From a virus (Duplodnaviria > Caudoviricetes), in the IMG/VR virus record IMGVR_UViG_2869221657_000003, positions 1 through 64,000 of that record: DNA of 64,000 nt; one strand, written 5' to 3'. A model generated the notes under the pieces. That model saw only the letters and a list, made by a program, of their open reading frames with translations. It ran no database searches and was not told where the DNA came from. Shown piece by piece: positions 17,896-27,331 of this stretch (its first letter is position 1; every line of letters begins with the position of its first letter). A program made the position numbers and the translations under genes.

Positions 17896-18096
17896 ATGGC
17901 TAAGTTCGGCACTGTTTGGCGTAAGGATTACACAACCTGCGGGTGTGCGGCGTTGCCCTGTTTTGACATGTATATCAAGACGATTGACGGCTGGCTGTGT
18001 GTTGACCAGCACGGCTCTCAGGGCATCGTGACCGATAAGCCGTGGAAGCGCGCAGACGGATTCGTTCGTTTCCCTCCTAAGGTTAGCGAGGAATAA
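17896..18096 (+). CDS. Hypothetical protein
   Basis: Operon packing; Cys-containing. Confidence 0.45.
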   Translation: MAKFGTVWRKDYTTCGCAALPCFDMYIKTIDGWLCVDQHGSQGIVTDKPWKRADGFVRFPPKVSEE

Positions 18097-19080
18097 GTCA
18101 CTGACTATCAAGTAAAGCGCGACTACTGGGACCGGCCCATCGTCTTCCCCCCGGACTATGAATATCCGGACGGGAAGATGCCGGGCGAATGGCGAGAGGG
18201 TAGGGGCCGTGACGGAAAGTTCAAACGCTGGTGGTACACCAACGTCGGCAAAGGCTACAGCCGCGCGTCCGGTGCTGGCAAAGGGCTCGACACCAAAGAC
18301 GGCCTTATCGACTGGGCGGCCTGTCAAGCAGCAGTCGGCATCCTCTTGGACGCCGCCGCGCGCTCAGAGGTCTCAACGCTTATCAATGAGTACGACGCCG
18401 ATCCCTGGTACAAAGGCGACGACGGCGGCACCCGCTCCGGAAAAGAGCGGCTTAAAGCAGCTGTTGAGAAAGCCCGTAACACTGCCGGGCAACATACTGC
18501 TAGCTCTACTGGCACTGAGTTTCATAAGCTGGGCGAGCTACGCAATAAAGGCGAAACGCCACGCGTCGTTCAGGACCACCTAAAGGAACCGCTTAAGCAG
18601 TACGACCGCGCGGTTGAACCGATTGAGTTCCTTGAGCAGGAAATGCTCATTGTGAACGATCCTCTGGAGTTGTGTGGTTCGGTCGACTATCTGATGGGGT
18701 TGCCGCCGGGCATCACTACGCCGGATGGCGAGTACCACGATGAGTCGTTGGTGGTGGTGGGCGACCTTAAGACGGGTCGCTGGGACGCTAAGCGTCCAAT
18801 GAGTGTGACGTGCCAGCTGTGCGCGTATGGCACTGGTGTGCGCTATGACCAGGAAACGAATACTCGTACTCCGTTGCATCCCCGCATTAATAACAAGTGG
18901 GGCGTCATGGTGCATTTCCCGATTATGACTAAAAACCCTCAGGTCAAGTTCTATTGGGTGGACTTGACGTTGGGTCTTAAGGCGTCCGTTTTGGCTAAAG
19001 AGGTTGAGGCTATGCGGCGCGTTTTCAACAGTAAGGATTCTGAACTTAAGGAGTTGGACCTTGACCGCTTCCAGTGGTAG
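18097..19080 (+). CDS. PD-(D/E)XK exonuclease (RecE/Cas4-like); first ATG 18178, frame open from GTC 18097
   Basis: CGSVDY, VGDLKTG, QLCAYG motifs; next to ERF. Confidence 0.75.
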   Translation, partial: VTDYQVKRDYWDRPIVFPPDYEYPDGKMPGEWREGRGRDGKFKRWWYTNVGKGYSRASGAGKGLDTKDGLIDWAACQAAVGILLDAAARSEVSTLINEYDADPWYKGDDGGTRSGKERLKAAVEKARNTAGQHTASSTGTEFHKLGELRNKGETPRVVQDHLKEPLKQYDRAVEPIEFLEQEMLIVNDPLELCGSVDYLMGLPPGITTPDGEYHDESLVVVGDLKTGRWDAKRPMSVTCQLCAYGTGVRYDQETNTRTPLHPRINNKWGVMVHFPIMTKNPQVKFYWVDLTLGLKASVLAKEVEAMRRVFNSKDSELKELDLDRFQW

Positions 19081-19399
19081 CACTATCGCCCGTGCGCGGG
19101 CGCTTCCGGAAACTAGCCGGGCGGCTTTCGCCTCTGTGACCCGTAAGGGGTTGCGTGATTCGCAGTTGCGTGTTCTGCGGACGCTGGGGAATCTGCGTAA
19201 TGGTGGCACCGATGTTGATATCGCTCGCGCGTATCACGATTCGGGGTTGGCTGATCTGTTCCCGCAGACCCCTTCGGGGTTGCGTACTCGTCGCCGCGAG
19301 CTGGCGGACGCGGGCCTGGTCGTTGATTCGGGCAAGCGTAAGCGTTTGCACACGGGCCGCAACGCGATTGTGTGGTCCAAGGTTCGGAACGGGGTTTAA
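19061..19399 (+). CDS. Winged HTH-like phage protein
   Basis: PSGLRTRRRELADAGLVVDSG...GRNAIVW. Confidence 0.55.
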   Translation: MTASSGSTIARARALPETSRAAFASVTRKGLRDSQLRVLRTLGNLRNGGTDVDIARAYHDSGLADLFPQTPSGLRTRRRELADAGLVVDSGKRKRLHTGRNAIVWSKVRNGV

Positions 19400-20101
19400 T
19401 TGGCTGCCCCTACAGACGAGATGGATCAGCCGGAGGTTAAGGCCGCTCCGGCTGGTTCGCCGACCGTTTTCGAGGCGTGGAACGCCGTCATGCGTGACGT
19501 GCAGTTCATCAGTAAGAACTCCCGCAACGAAGCGCAGAAGTTCAACTTCCGTGGCATTGACGCGGTAATGAACGCGGTCGGCCCGGTGCTGCGCGAGCAC
19601 GGCGTGATTGTTGTGCCGCTGGGCGCTAAGCACGAAGCGGAGCGCTACACGACCGCTAAGGGCGGGCAGATGTGTAACCGGGTGGTCGAGATGGGCTACC
19701 AGGTGTTCGGCCCGCGTGGCGATTCGTTCACCGGCATTGCGTATGGCGAGGCGGCGGATTCCGGCGACAAGGCGATCACTAAGGCTGAGTCGGTGGCGCT
19801 GCGGACGTTCCTGCTGCAATCGCTGATGTTGCCTACGGATGATCCGGACCCGGATGCGGAGTCGCATGAGCGGGCGGTGCCGGTCCGGACTCAGGCTGCC
19901 GCTCCCGTCGTGACGGGCAATGCGGATTCGGTGGCGGCGCGGGAAAAGCTTAAGGCGCTGGCTGGCGCTAAGGGTTGGGCGCTGCCCGCGATTGCCGCGA
20001 AGTTCACTGAGAAGAACAACGGAAAAGAGCTTAAGGACGCCACTAAGGATGAGGTTGAGGCGTTTCAGGTTCTTCTAGAGACAGGGGCGGTTTCCGTCTG
20101 A
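19400..20101 (+). CDS. ERF-family ssDNA annealing recombinase
   Basis: FNFRGIDAVMNAVGPVL, GEAADSGDKAITKA.S.A.R..L. Confidence 0.85.
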   Translation: MAAPTDEMDQPEVKAAPAGSPTVFEAWNAVMRDVQFISKNSRNEAQKFNFRGIDAVMNAVGPVLREHGVIVVPLGAKHEAERYTTAKGGQMCNRVVEMGYQVFGPRGDSFTGIAYGEAADSGDKAITKAESVALRTFLLQSLMLPTDDPDPDAESHERAVPVRTQAAAPVVTGNADSVAAREKLKALAGAKGWALPAIAAKFTEKNNGKELKDATKDEVEAFQVLLETGAVSV

Positions 20102-20352
20102 TGTTCAACAACACGATTGCGGGTGTGCCGGTCGGCCTCATTGAGGCTCCGGCGCACCTGACTATTCCTTGTGAGCAGTGCTTTGAGGTTGAGGCTGCTT
20201 TTGCTGTCGGTTCGTCGGATCACAAGCTGGTGTGTGAGGCGTGTATGGATTGGGGCGATTCCCGCCGTTGGTGGCATATGGAACCGCGCCAGTCCATTGT
20301 GCCTAAGGCTGCGGCTGCTGAGGTTTATCCCGTGTGGGTGCGGGCTGCGTGA
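20101..20352 (+). CDS. Hypothetical Zn-binding protein
   Basis: CxxC...CxxC. Confidence 0.45.
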   Translation: MFNNTIAGVPVGLIEAPAHLTIPCEQCFEVEAAFAVGSSDHKLVCEACMDWGDSRRWWHMEPRQSIVPKAAAAEVYPVWVRAA

Positions 20353-20364
20353 ACAGGGGGGCTT

Positions 20365-20730
20365 TTGAGTGAAGTCGAATACAACCCTGTATCCGTAGAG
20401 CAGGAAATCTTAGCGACGGTTAACGATATCTCAAAGGGTGTTATCACCGCGCGAGATGCCAACGTGGCGAAGCTCGAAACAGAGCGTGCTTACAAACGTG
20501 CGTATGCCCGCGCTTTTATGGCGCATAAAGGGCCGCAGACTGAGAAGAAAGTTGCGGCCAATATCGTCCCCGAGGTTATGGATGCGGAGGATGCGCGCGA
20601 TGTGGCGGCTGTTACTTACGAGTACGCGAAGGATCAGAACCGGGCGCTGAGTAGCAAGTTGGATGCGATTCGGTCGGTGGGCGCTTCTGTGCGTGAGGCG
20701 TACAAGAATGCGGGCAGGGGTGAGTGGTGA
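20365..20730 (+). CDS. Hypothetical helical protein
   Basis: Operon packing. Confidence 0.55.
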   Translation: MSEVEYNPVSVEQEILATVNDISKGVITARDANVAKLETERAYKRAYARAFMAHKGPQTEKKVAANIVPEVMDAEDARDVAAVTYEYAKDQNRALSSKLDAIRSVGASVREAYKNAGRGEW

Positions 20731-21116
20731 TTACCGCTAGCGATTGGGATGTGCTTGCTGAACAAGCGTGGCATGTTCGGGATCACGCACGCCTTATCGG
20801 CAAGACCGCCGTAGGGGCGGCTGTGCTCTCTCACCGGAAGCATATTCACGTCGGGTGCAATGTTGAGCATAAATACCGCGCGCATGATGTTCACGCGGAG
20901 GTTAATGCTCTTACCTCTATGGCTGCTGCCGGTGACGGTAGGGCTATTGCAGTGGTTATCACTGCGGATCGTGAGAAGTTCACGCCGTGTGGCGGATGTA
21001 TGGATTGGATCTTTGAGTTGGGCGGTCCTGACTGCCTGGTGGCGTTTCAGGGCAGGCCATACGACGGATTTACCACTCACCGCGCCGACGAATTGATGCC
21101 GCACTATCCCCGGTGA
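20724..21116 (+). CDS. Cytidine deaminase-like protein
   Basis: VGAAVL, G.NVE, HAE, PCGGC zinc motifs. Confidence 0.85.
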   Translation: MVITASDWDVLAEQAWHVRDHARLIGKTAVGAAVLSHRKHIHVGCNVEHKYRAHDVHAEVNALTSMAAAGDGRAIAVVITADREKFTPCGGCMDWIFELGGPDCLVAFQGRPYDGFTTHRADELMPHYPR

Positions 21117-21451
21117 GTGAGCGTGAATGCCGCCGGGTAACTAAAGAGCGCTGTGAGGGGTTCTGTGAGCGGTGCTGCTACGGCGGCACCCTCACCCTCC
21201 ACCATCGCAAGAAACGCTCTCAGGGCGGCTTATGGACGGCTGAAAACTGCGTCCAGTTATGCGGCCACGGTACGGCGGGGTGTCACGGGTGGGTTGAGCA
21301 CAACCCCAATGCGGCTGCCGCCGAGGGATGGCATGTGCGGCCTTGGGAGGACCCGGCTGCGATTCCCCTGCTTTGGCGGGGCTCTACATGGGTGCTTCTA
21401 ACCCCGGAAGGGACTTTTACAGATGACGCAGACGTTGGACGCGGCCCGTGA
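21113..21451 (+). CDS. HNH endonuclease
   Basis: CERC, HHRK, NCVQLC..GCH. Confidence 0.75.
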   Translation: MSERECRRVTKERCEGFCERCCYGGTLTLHHRKKRSQGGLWTAENCVQLCGHGTAGCHGWVEHNPNAAAAEGWHVRPWEDPAAIPLLWRGSTWVLLTPEGTFTDDADVGRGP

Positions 21452-21902
21452 TTGGCTCCGGGACCGGGTAGACGACGGCGAAGAATGCCCTTGCTGCCGC
21501 CAGTTCGCAAAGGTCTATAAGCGCAAACTGAATGCCGGAATGGCGCGAGTCCTAATCGCCATGTACCGAAAGGCCGGTACGGACTGGACCTACCTGCCGC
21601 ACGTTGACCTTAAGGACGGCGAGAAGCGCCGCACTGTGGGTCACAGCGGCGAAATGTGCATGACTCGCTACTGGGGGCTTATCGAGGCTTACCCGGACAC
21701 TAAGCGCGAGGATGGCAGTTCGCGGGTTGGCTGGTGGCGGCTTACCCCGCTAGGGGTGGAGTTCGTCTTAGGTCGGACGCAGGTCCCGAAGTACGCGCGG
21801 GTCTACAGCTCCCGGTGCCTTGGCCTAACCGGCGATCCGGTGTCTATTACCGACGCGCTGGGAACTAAATTCAACTACGCCGACCTTATGGCTGGCGTAT
21901 GA
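21423..21902 (+). CDS. Hypothetical protein (CPCC, HTH-like)
   Basis: Operon packing. Confidence 0.5.
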   Translation: MTQTLDAARDWLRDRVDDGEECPCCRQFAKVYKRKLNAGMARVLIAMYRKAGTDWTYLPHVDLKDGEKRRTVGHSGEMCMTRYWGLIEAYPDTKREDGSSRVGWWRLTPLGVEFVLGRTQVPKYARVYSSRCLGLTGDPVSITDALGTKFNYADLMAGV

Positions 21903-22576
21903 GCGAGTTCGGGAAGATTCACCGGAAGTTCTGGGAACACCGGAAAGTCAAGCAATGCAGCAACGGCGCTATCGGCCTATGGGCCAAAGCGAACTCATGG
22001 TGCCGGGATAATCGGTCCGCCGGAGTAATCCCGCTAGACGACGTTCTGCTACTGGGCACCCGCGAGGAAGCCGACGAACTGGTTAACGCCGGGCTCTGGC
22101 TTAAGGGTGTTCGGGGTGACCTGCCGGTAGCGATCTTCAAAGACTACGAGGAATGGAACGATGACGTTGAACCTGATACGGAGGCGGGGAATCTTGTCCG
22201 CCGCGTGGTTCCAGCTTCGCACCCTTCGGTGGTGCGGGCTCAGCTGGTACGCCAAGCATCTTCTCTACTCCGCGAGGGCTTAGACCTCGGAGTTGTCGAG
22301 GCCGCGCTAAAGCTCTGGCTCACTAAGAGCCTGTCACCGTCTCTGTTGCCGTCTTTGGCGTCTGAGGCGATGAAAGATGCGCAGCGTGCAGCCACGCTGA
22401 GAAACACGATCAATGAATGCCTTAAGTCGGGTCAGGTATCTCCGCTTAAGGCATATGGCTTTATCTTCACAGCTCCCGATCCGCCGGATGGTTTGGACGT
22501 TGAACAGCGTCGAGCTTTCATGGGTGGCGCTAAGCGGGACTGGCTGAGGGAACTCAAGGAAAGGGTGGCTGCCTAA
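21899..22576 (+). CDS. Putative replication initiator-like protein
   Basis: FGKIHRKFWEH.K...AIGLW N-terminus typical of actinophage Rep-like proteins; upstream of DnaB. Confidence 0.45.
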   Translation: MSEFGKIHRKFWEHRKVKQCSNGAIGLWAKANSWCRDNRSAGVIPLDDVLLLGTREEADELVNAGLWLKGVRGDLPVAIFKDYEEWNDDVEPDTEAGNLVRRVVPASHPSVVRAQLVRQASSLLREGLDLGVVEAALKLWLTKSLSPSLLPSLASEAMKDAQRAATLRNTINECLKSGQVSPLKAYGFIFTAPDPPDGLDVEQRRAFMGGAKRDWLRELKERVAA

Positions 22577-22878
22577 TGGGTGTCGCTTATCCGCGCCGCG
22601 ATGACGCGGTGTATTACGAGGAATTTGACGGGTCGCTGGAATCCGCGCAGCGGGTTGCCAACCTGACGGGCCTTAAGGTCAACATCGCCTTATTGCCCGC
22701 AGACGGTTACCGCCTTGGCGACACAGTTCGCATTAAGGAGCTGTCATTCGGTGCCCCAACCAATATCGTTACAGCAGAGGACGTTGTTGTAGCGACGGGC
22801 CGCTTGAATAAATCTTTGCGTATCACGGTCATGGACCGTTGGACCTTCGCGGAAAAGTTCAGCAAGGATGGCAGTTGA
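22576..22878 (+). CDS. Hypothetical protein
   Basis: Operon packing. Confidence 0.45.
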   Translation: MGVAYPRRDDAVYYEEFDGSLESAQRVANLTGLKVNIALLPADGYRLGDTVRIKELSFGAPTNIVTAEDVVVATGRLNKSLRITVMDRWTFAEKFSKDGS

Positions 22879-24140
22879 GCGAACCGATGCCGCCTCACGA
22901 CTTGGCGGCAGAGCAGTGCGTAATCGGATCGCTACTCATGTCACAAGCTGCACTTAACACAGTAGCCACGATGCTTACCGTGTCGGATTTCTACCGGCCC
23001 GTTCACGGTGAGATATTCGCGGCGGCGCTAGCCCTGGTGGCTGCCGGTGAGCCGGTCGACGCTATGACGGTCGCGCGTGAGCTTGAGACACGCGGCCAGC
23101 TCGCCAAGATTGGTGGCGCTCCGTACCTGCTGACCTGCATCGAGGTCACGCCTACGGCCTACAACGTGTCGTCGTACGCGCAGATCGTCTTGGACAAGGC
23201 CCAGCTCCGGCGGCTGTCCGAGCTGGGAACACGGCTTAAGCAGCTGGCGTACACGGAGGCGTCAACGTCTGATGATGTTCACGCCCTGATGAGCCAGGGT
23301 GAGAAGTTTTTCCGCGAGCAGTACGAGCCGGATAGAGCGTCATTGACGTTCGATCTGCTGGCTGATTCGTGGGAGGAATGGCTTGCCAGCTCTGAGAGTG
23401 TGATCCCAACGCCGTGGCCCTCACTGAACGACAGTCTGAACGGCGGTCTACGTCGCGGTGCGCTCTATTGCATAGCCGCCCGGCCTGGTGTCGGTAAAAG
23501 TGTCGCAGCGTTGCAGATAGCGGGCCATACGTCGCATTGGGGATTCCATAGCGCCGTGTTCTCAATGGAAATGTCCAGAGATGAAGTGATGTCCCGGCGG
23601 ATTGCTGACGGGGCGGGCGTCAATTTCAGCCACATCATGCGTAAAAAGCTGGACCTTGAAGAACGAGCCCGGATTGACCGGTGGCTTAAGGAAAACCGGA
23701 CCCTGCCTTTCGAGGTTAACGACCGGTCGCGGCAGACGGTCGAGCAGATCGTTAGTCACGCCCGGTCAATGGCAAAGGTTGATGTGCTGGTTGTCGACTA
23801 TTTGCAGCTGATGGCTGCGACAGACAAAAAGGCGTCACGGGAGCAGCAAGTGGCTCACATGTCGCGTGAGTTGAAGATCGCGGCTAAGGAATTGAATGTG
23901 GCAATCGTCGCGTGTTCCCAGCTGAACCGTGGCCCGCTACAGGGCGGTAAGGTGCGCGCCCCGAATATCGGTGACTTGCGCGAGTCGGGCGCTATCGAGC
24001 AGGACTGCGATGTGGTTTTGCTGCTGCACAACGACGAGGACGATCCCGGCATTCTGCAAATGATCGTGGGGAAGAACCGTAACGGGAGGATGGGCGATCT
24101 TGCACTCAGTTTCGAGGGGCATTACCAGCGGATTTCATAG
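22875..24140 (+). CDS. dnaB: DnaB-like replicative helicase
   Basis: PPHDLAAEQCVIGSLL, AARPGVGKS, SMEM, VVDYLQL, SQLNR, DLRESGAIEQDCD, KNRNG. Confidence 0.93.
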   Translation: MSEPMPPHDLAAEQCVIGSLLMSQAALNTVATMLTVSDFYRPVHGEIFAAALALVAAGEPVDAMTVARELETRGQLAKIGGAPYLLTCIEVTPTAYNVSSYAQIVLDKAQLRRLSELGTRLKQLAYTEASTSDDVHALMSQGEKFFREQYEPDRASLTFDLLADSWEEWLASSESVIPTPWPSLNDSLNGGLRRGALYCIAARPGVGKSVAALQIAGHTSHWGFHSAVFSMEMSRDEVMSRRIADGAGVNFSHIMRKKLDLEERARIDRWLKENRTLPFEVNDRSRQTVEQIVSHARSMAKVDVLVVDYLQLMAATDKKASREQQVAHMSRELKIAAKELNVAIVACSQLNRGPLQGGKVRAPNIGDLRESGAIEQDCDVVLLLHNDEDDPGILQMIVGKNRNGRMGDLALSFEGHYQRIS

Positions 24141-24439
24141 TGAGCATTGAATTGCTTATGTCACCTAAGCCTCTTAGGTGGCAGGACGAGGCCAATTGCC
24201 ACGATGATCCCCGATTCACGGGCGTTATGAAGACACTAACTCTTGCCGATAGGCGGGAGATGCGCGCTAAGTGCGGTGTCTGTGCCGTTTTCGATGAGTG
24301 TTGGACCTGGGCGCGCGATGAGCAGGTGACGGGTGTTTTCGCGGCGGGCTATAGGAGGTTTTCGCCAGATGAGTTACGTGATTCCAAAGAGGACTGTGGA
24401 AAAGCTGGGCCTGGGGACGAACCTTATGGCGCAGCTTAA
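24140..24439 (+). CDS. WhiB-family protein
   Basis: W...ANC...C..C.V..EC..WA...GVFAAG. Confidence 0.65.
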   Translation: MSIELLMSPKPLRWQDEANCHDDPRFTGVMKTLTLADRREMRAKCGVCAVFDECWTWARDEQVTGVFAAGYRRFSPDELRDSKEDCGKAGPGDEPYGAA

Positions 24440-24665
24440 CGACCGGTGCGCGGGCTGCGGCAATTCCGCTTATGGCGGGCGGCATGGTGCTTGCGAGCGC
24501 TGCGAGGGCGGCTACGAGGACGAAGACGAGTATCCCCGTGATTGAGCCTGACGACGACTACATAAACCCGATAGGTGAACAACTCCCTATCGAAACAATT
24601 GTTGAGCTAGCCGCAGCGCACTTCGTTATCCGGCTCGCGCGAATCATTGGCTTAGGGGATGACAC

Positions 24666-25541
24666 ATGGCCGTTTTTTTGAGGACTTACACGCCCAGCGC
24701 TGGGACTTGGCGGAATGCTGCTGAGGTTTTCAAGTTTCCGGGCGGGGAGGTCCACCTTAAGAACATCATCCCGGAGGCCGACGAGAAGACGGTCTATATC
24801 GCGGATGTTCGTGGTGCGGACTTAGACGACCTTATGGCGGCTGCCTTGTGGGCGGACATAGCGCACGACCGCGAAATGTGGTTCGTGCTGAAACTGCCGT
24901 ACCTCCCAGCGGCGCGGGCCGACAAGAGCGATGGCACTCAGCCAATCGCTAAGTACGTCTATGCCAAGTTCATTGAGTCTATGGGCGCTGATCAGATCAT
25001 CACGATTGACACCCATTCCGGGTTCGGTAACGGCACTTGGTACGGGGCCGAACATGGCCTGCTGGACCTTAGCCCGCTGCCGTTGATTGACCGGGCTTTG
25101 GAGACTCAGGGGCATTGGCGCTACGACGGGATTATCGCCCCGGATAAGGGCGCGGTGGATCGCGCTGGCGCGGTCGCTAAGCATTACGGGCTGGACCTGT
25201 ATGTGGCCGACAAGGTGCGGGATTTCAACTCCGGGATTCTGCTGGACTACAAGCTGACGGTACCTAAGAGCGGCAAGTATCTGGTGGTTGACGATATCTG
25301 CGATGGCGGTTGGACCTTTACAGAGTTGGCGGACGCCAGTGGACTTGACCGCGCGCACCTTGACCTGTGGGTTACGCACGGCATTTTCTCCGGTAAAGCG
25401 AATCTGCTTACCCGTTATTACGGGCGGATTATGACGACCGATTCTCACCCTGGGCATAACCGGGTGGGTGTGGCTTCGTCAATCGTGCCGACTTTCACTT
25501 ACATGCACGAAACGATGGTTGAAGGGCTTAAATATGTCTAG
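24666..25541 (+). CDS. Ribose-phosphate pyrophosphokinase-like protein (candidate NARP1 Adps)
   Basis: FPGGE, PYLPAARAD, PDKGA, VVDDICDGGWTF, THGIFS. Confidence 0.85.
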   Translation: MAVFLRTYTPSAGTWRNAAEVFKFPGGEVHLKNIIPEADEKTVYIADVRGADLDDLMAAALWADIAHDREMWFVLKLPYLPAARADKSDGTQPIAKYVYAKFIESMGADQIITIDTHSGFGNGTWYGAEHGLLDLSPLPLIDRALETQGHWRYDGIIAPDKGAVDRAGAVAKHYGLDLYVADKVRDFNSGILLDYKLTVPKSGKYLVVDDICDGGWTFTELADASGLDRAHLDLWVTHGIFSGKANLLTRYYGRIMTTDSHPGHNRVGVASSIVPTFTYMHETMVEGLKYV

Positions 25542-27015
25542 GTTCGCGCCGGTAGCGGCACTCTTTGAAACCGATGCTTACAAGCTCGGTCATATCGACC
25601 AGTACGCGCTCAGCGGCAAGGTGAGCGGCGTGTACTCAAATTGGACTAACCGCAAGTCACGCTTGCCTGGCGTCGACAAGGTTGTCCACTTCGGATTGCA
25701 GGCGTATATCCAGGCTCACCTGGTAGACGCTTTCAAGCCTTTCTTCGCGGCTAATGAGGATGAAGTGGCGTTGCTCTACCGCGAGCGGGTCACTCAGGTT
25801 CTCGGGCCGGATGCTGCGGAGAGTATCGGTACCGCCCATATTCGGGCGCTTCATCACCTGGGCTATCTGCCTCTGCGGTTCTGCGCGGTCCCGGAGGGCA
25901 CCCTTGTGCCTATCGGTGTGCCTTCGTTCACGGTGGAGAACACCTTGGACGATTTCTACTGGCTGACCAACTACGTCGAGACGGGCATTAGCGCCGGGGT
26001 GTGGCAGCCGTCTACGTCTGCGACCATCGCTAAGGAATACCGGCGCGTCATGGAACGTGCTGCTCTGCTGACGGGTGCGGATCGTGTCGGGATCGACTGG
26101 CAGATTCACGATTTCAGCTATCGGGGTATGTCGTCGCATGAGACGGCGGCGGCGTCCGGTGCGGCTCACCTGTTGAGCTTCACGGGCACGGATTCGCTGG
26201 TGGCTCTCGATTGGATCGACCGCTATTACGGCGGCGAGTACATCGCGGGGTCGGTGCCTGCTACTGAGCACTCGGTGATGTGTACCGGCATCGAGTCTGT
26301 GGGCGAGCTGGAGACGTTCTCCCGGCTGCTGGACCTGTACCCGACCGGCATTGTCAGCGTTGTTTCTGACACGTTCGATCTGTGGAAGGTGCTCACGGTT
26401 TACCTTCCGGCGCTTAGGGACAAGATTCTGGCGCGGGACGGCAAGCTGGTTATCCGGCCTGACTCGGGTGACCCGGAAAAGATCATCTGTGGTGATCCGT
26501 CTGCGCCGTATGGTTCGCCGGAGTGGAAGGGCGCGCTGGGGCTGCTCTACGACACGTTCGGCGGGTCTAAGAACGCTGCCGGGTTCATTGACATTGATCC
26601 GCATGTGGGTCTGATCTATGGCGACTCGATCACGCTGGACCGCGCCAAGAGCATCACGGAGCGTATGCGGCGGTCGAACCTGTCGTCGGCCAATGTGGTG
26701 TTCGGTGTGGGTTCCTTTACGTACCAGCACAATACGCGCGACACGTTCGGGTCTGCGATGAAAGCGACGTGGGCGAAGGTCGACGGCAAGGGCGTGAACC
26801 TGCTGAAGAATCCGATCACCGACGACGGCACTAAGAAGTCTGCTACCGGGCGTTTGGCGGTGCTGCATGACTTGACCGGCGAGCTGGTGTTGGTGCAGGA
26901 CGCCGACGCCTACGACGAGTCGGCCAGTGTGCTCCGTCCGATCTGGGAGAACGGCCAGTTTGTGAATCGGCAGACGTTCGCCGAGGTCAGGGCCAATTTG
27001 GCCCGTCAGCCCTAA
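25534..27015 (+). CDS. Nicotinamide phosphoribosyltransferase-like protein (candidate NARP1 Namat)
   Basis: TDAYKLGH, HDFSYRG, SVPATEHSVM, SVVSDTFD, IRPDSGDP, KKSA.G. Confidence 0.9.
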   Translation: MSRFAPVAALFETDAYKLGHIDQYALSGKVSGVYSNWTNRKSRLPGVDKVVHFGLQAYIQAHLVDAFKPFFAANEDEVALLYRERVTQVLGPDAAESIGTAHIRALHHLGYLPLRFCAVPEGTLVPIGVPSFTVENTLDDFYWLTNYVETGISAGVWQPSTSATIAKEYRRVMERAALLTGADRVGIDWQIHDFSYRGMSSHETAAASGAAHLLSFTGTDSLVALDWIDRYYGGEYIAGSVPATEHSVMCTGIESVGELETFSRLLDLYPTGIVSVVSDTFDLWKVLTVYLPALRDKILARDGKLVIRPDSGDPEKIICGDPSAPYGSPEWKGALGLLYDTFGGSKNAAGFIDIDPHVGLIYGDSITLDRAKSITERMRRSNLSSANVVFGVGSFTYQHNTRDTFGSAMKATWAKVDGKGVNLLKNPITDDGTKKSATGRLAVLHDLTGELVLVQDADAYDESASVLRPIWENGQFVNRQTFAEVRANLARQP

Positions 27016-27022
27016 TTCTGTT

Positions 27023-27073
27023 TGTCCGATTTTCCGGACAGTTTGGACTGTTTCCGGAGTACGGCTGCTGTAC
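27023..27073. promoter_or_regulatory. Distal operator pair (18-bp class plus 15-bp class)
   Basis: TGTCCGATTTTCCGGACA 27023-27040; GTACGGCTGCTGTAC 27059-27073. Confidence 0.65.
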
Positions 27074-27106
27074 TTGATCCATCGCAGCAACAACTTGGAG
27101 GTTTAA

Positions 27107-27331
27107 ATGAGCACTGTCGCAAAGACGACTAAGCAGAACGGCACGGTCACTCTGGAGTTCCCGGAGCAGCTGGCCCCGTTCGTCAAGATCGGCCTCAAGA
27201 ACATCGGGGTGAAGCTGGCCCAGGATGACCAGTTCCACACGAATGACAAGAGGTCGCTGTCGGCCAGCGTGGCGTCCATCGGGCTCGCTGACATTTATGA
27301 CTCGATGACTCAGGCTGGGGTGTTTTACTAA
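27107..27331 (+). CDS. Hypothetical protein
   Basis: RBS GGAGG. Confidence 0.6.
   Translation: MSTVAKTTKQNGTVTLEFPEQLAPFVKIGLKNIGVKLAQDDQFHTNDKRSLSASVASIGLADIYDSMTQAGVFY

Noticed and set aside
18097-19080. Cas4/CRISPR adaptation role
   Set aside because: Adjacent to ERF as in ordinary phage exonuclease-annealase recombination pairs; no CRISPR context.
24666-27015. NARP2 assignment
   Set aside because: No NMN adenylyltransferase (HxGH) gene is seen, and the Prs-like partner fits NARP1.
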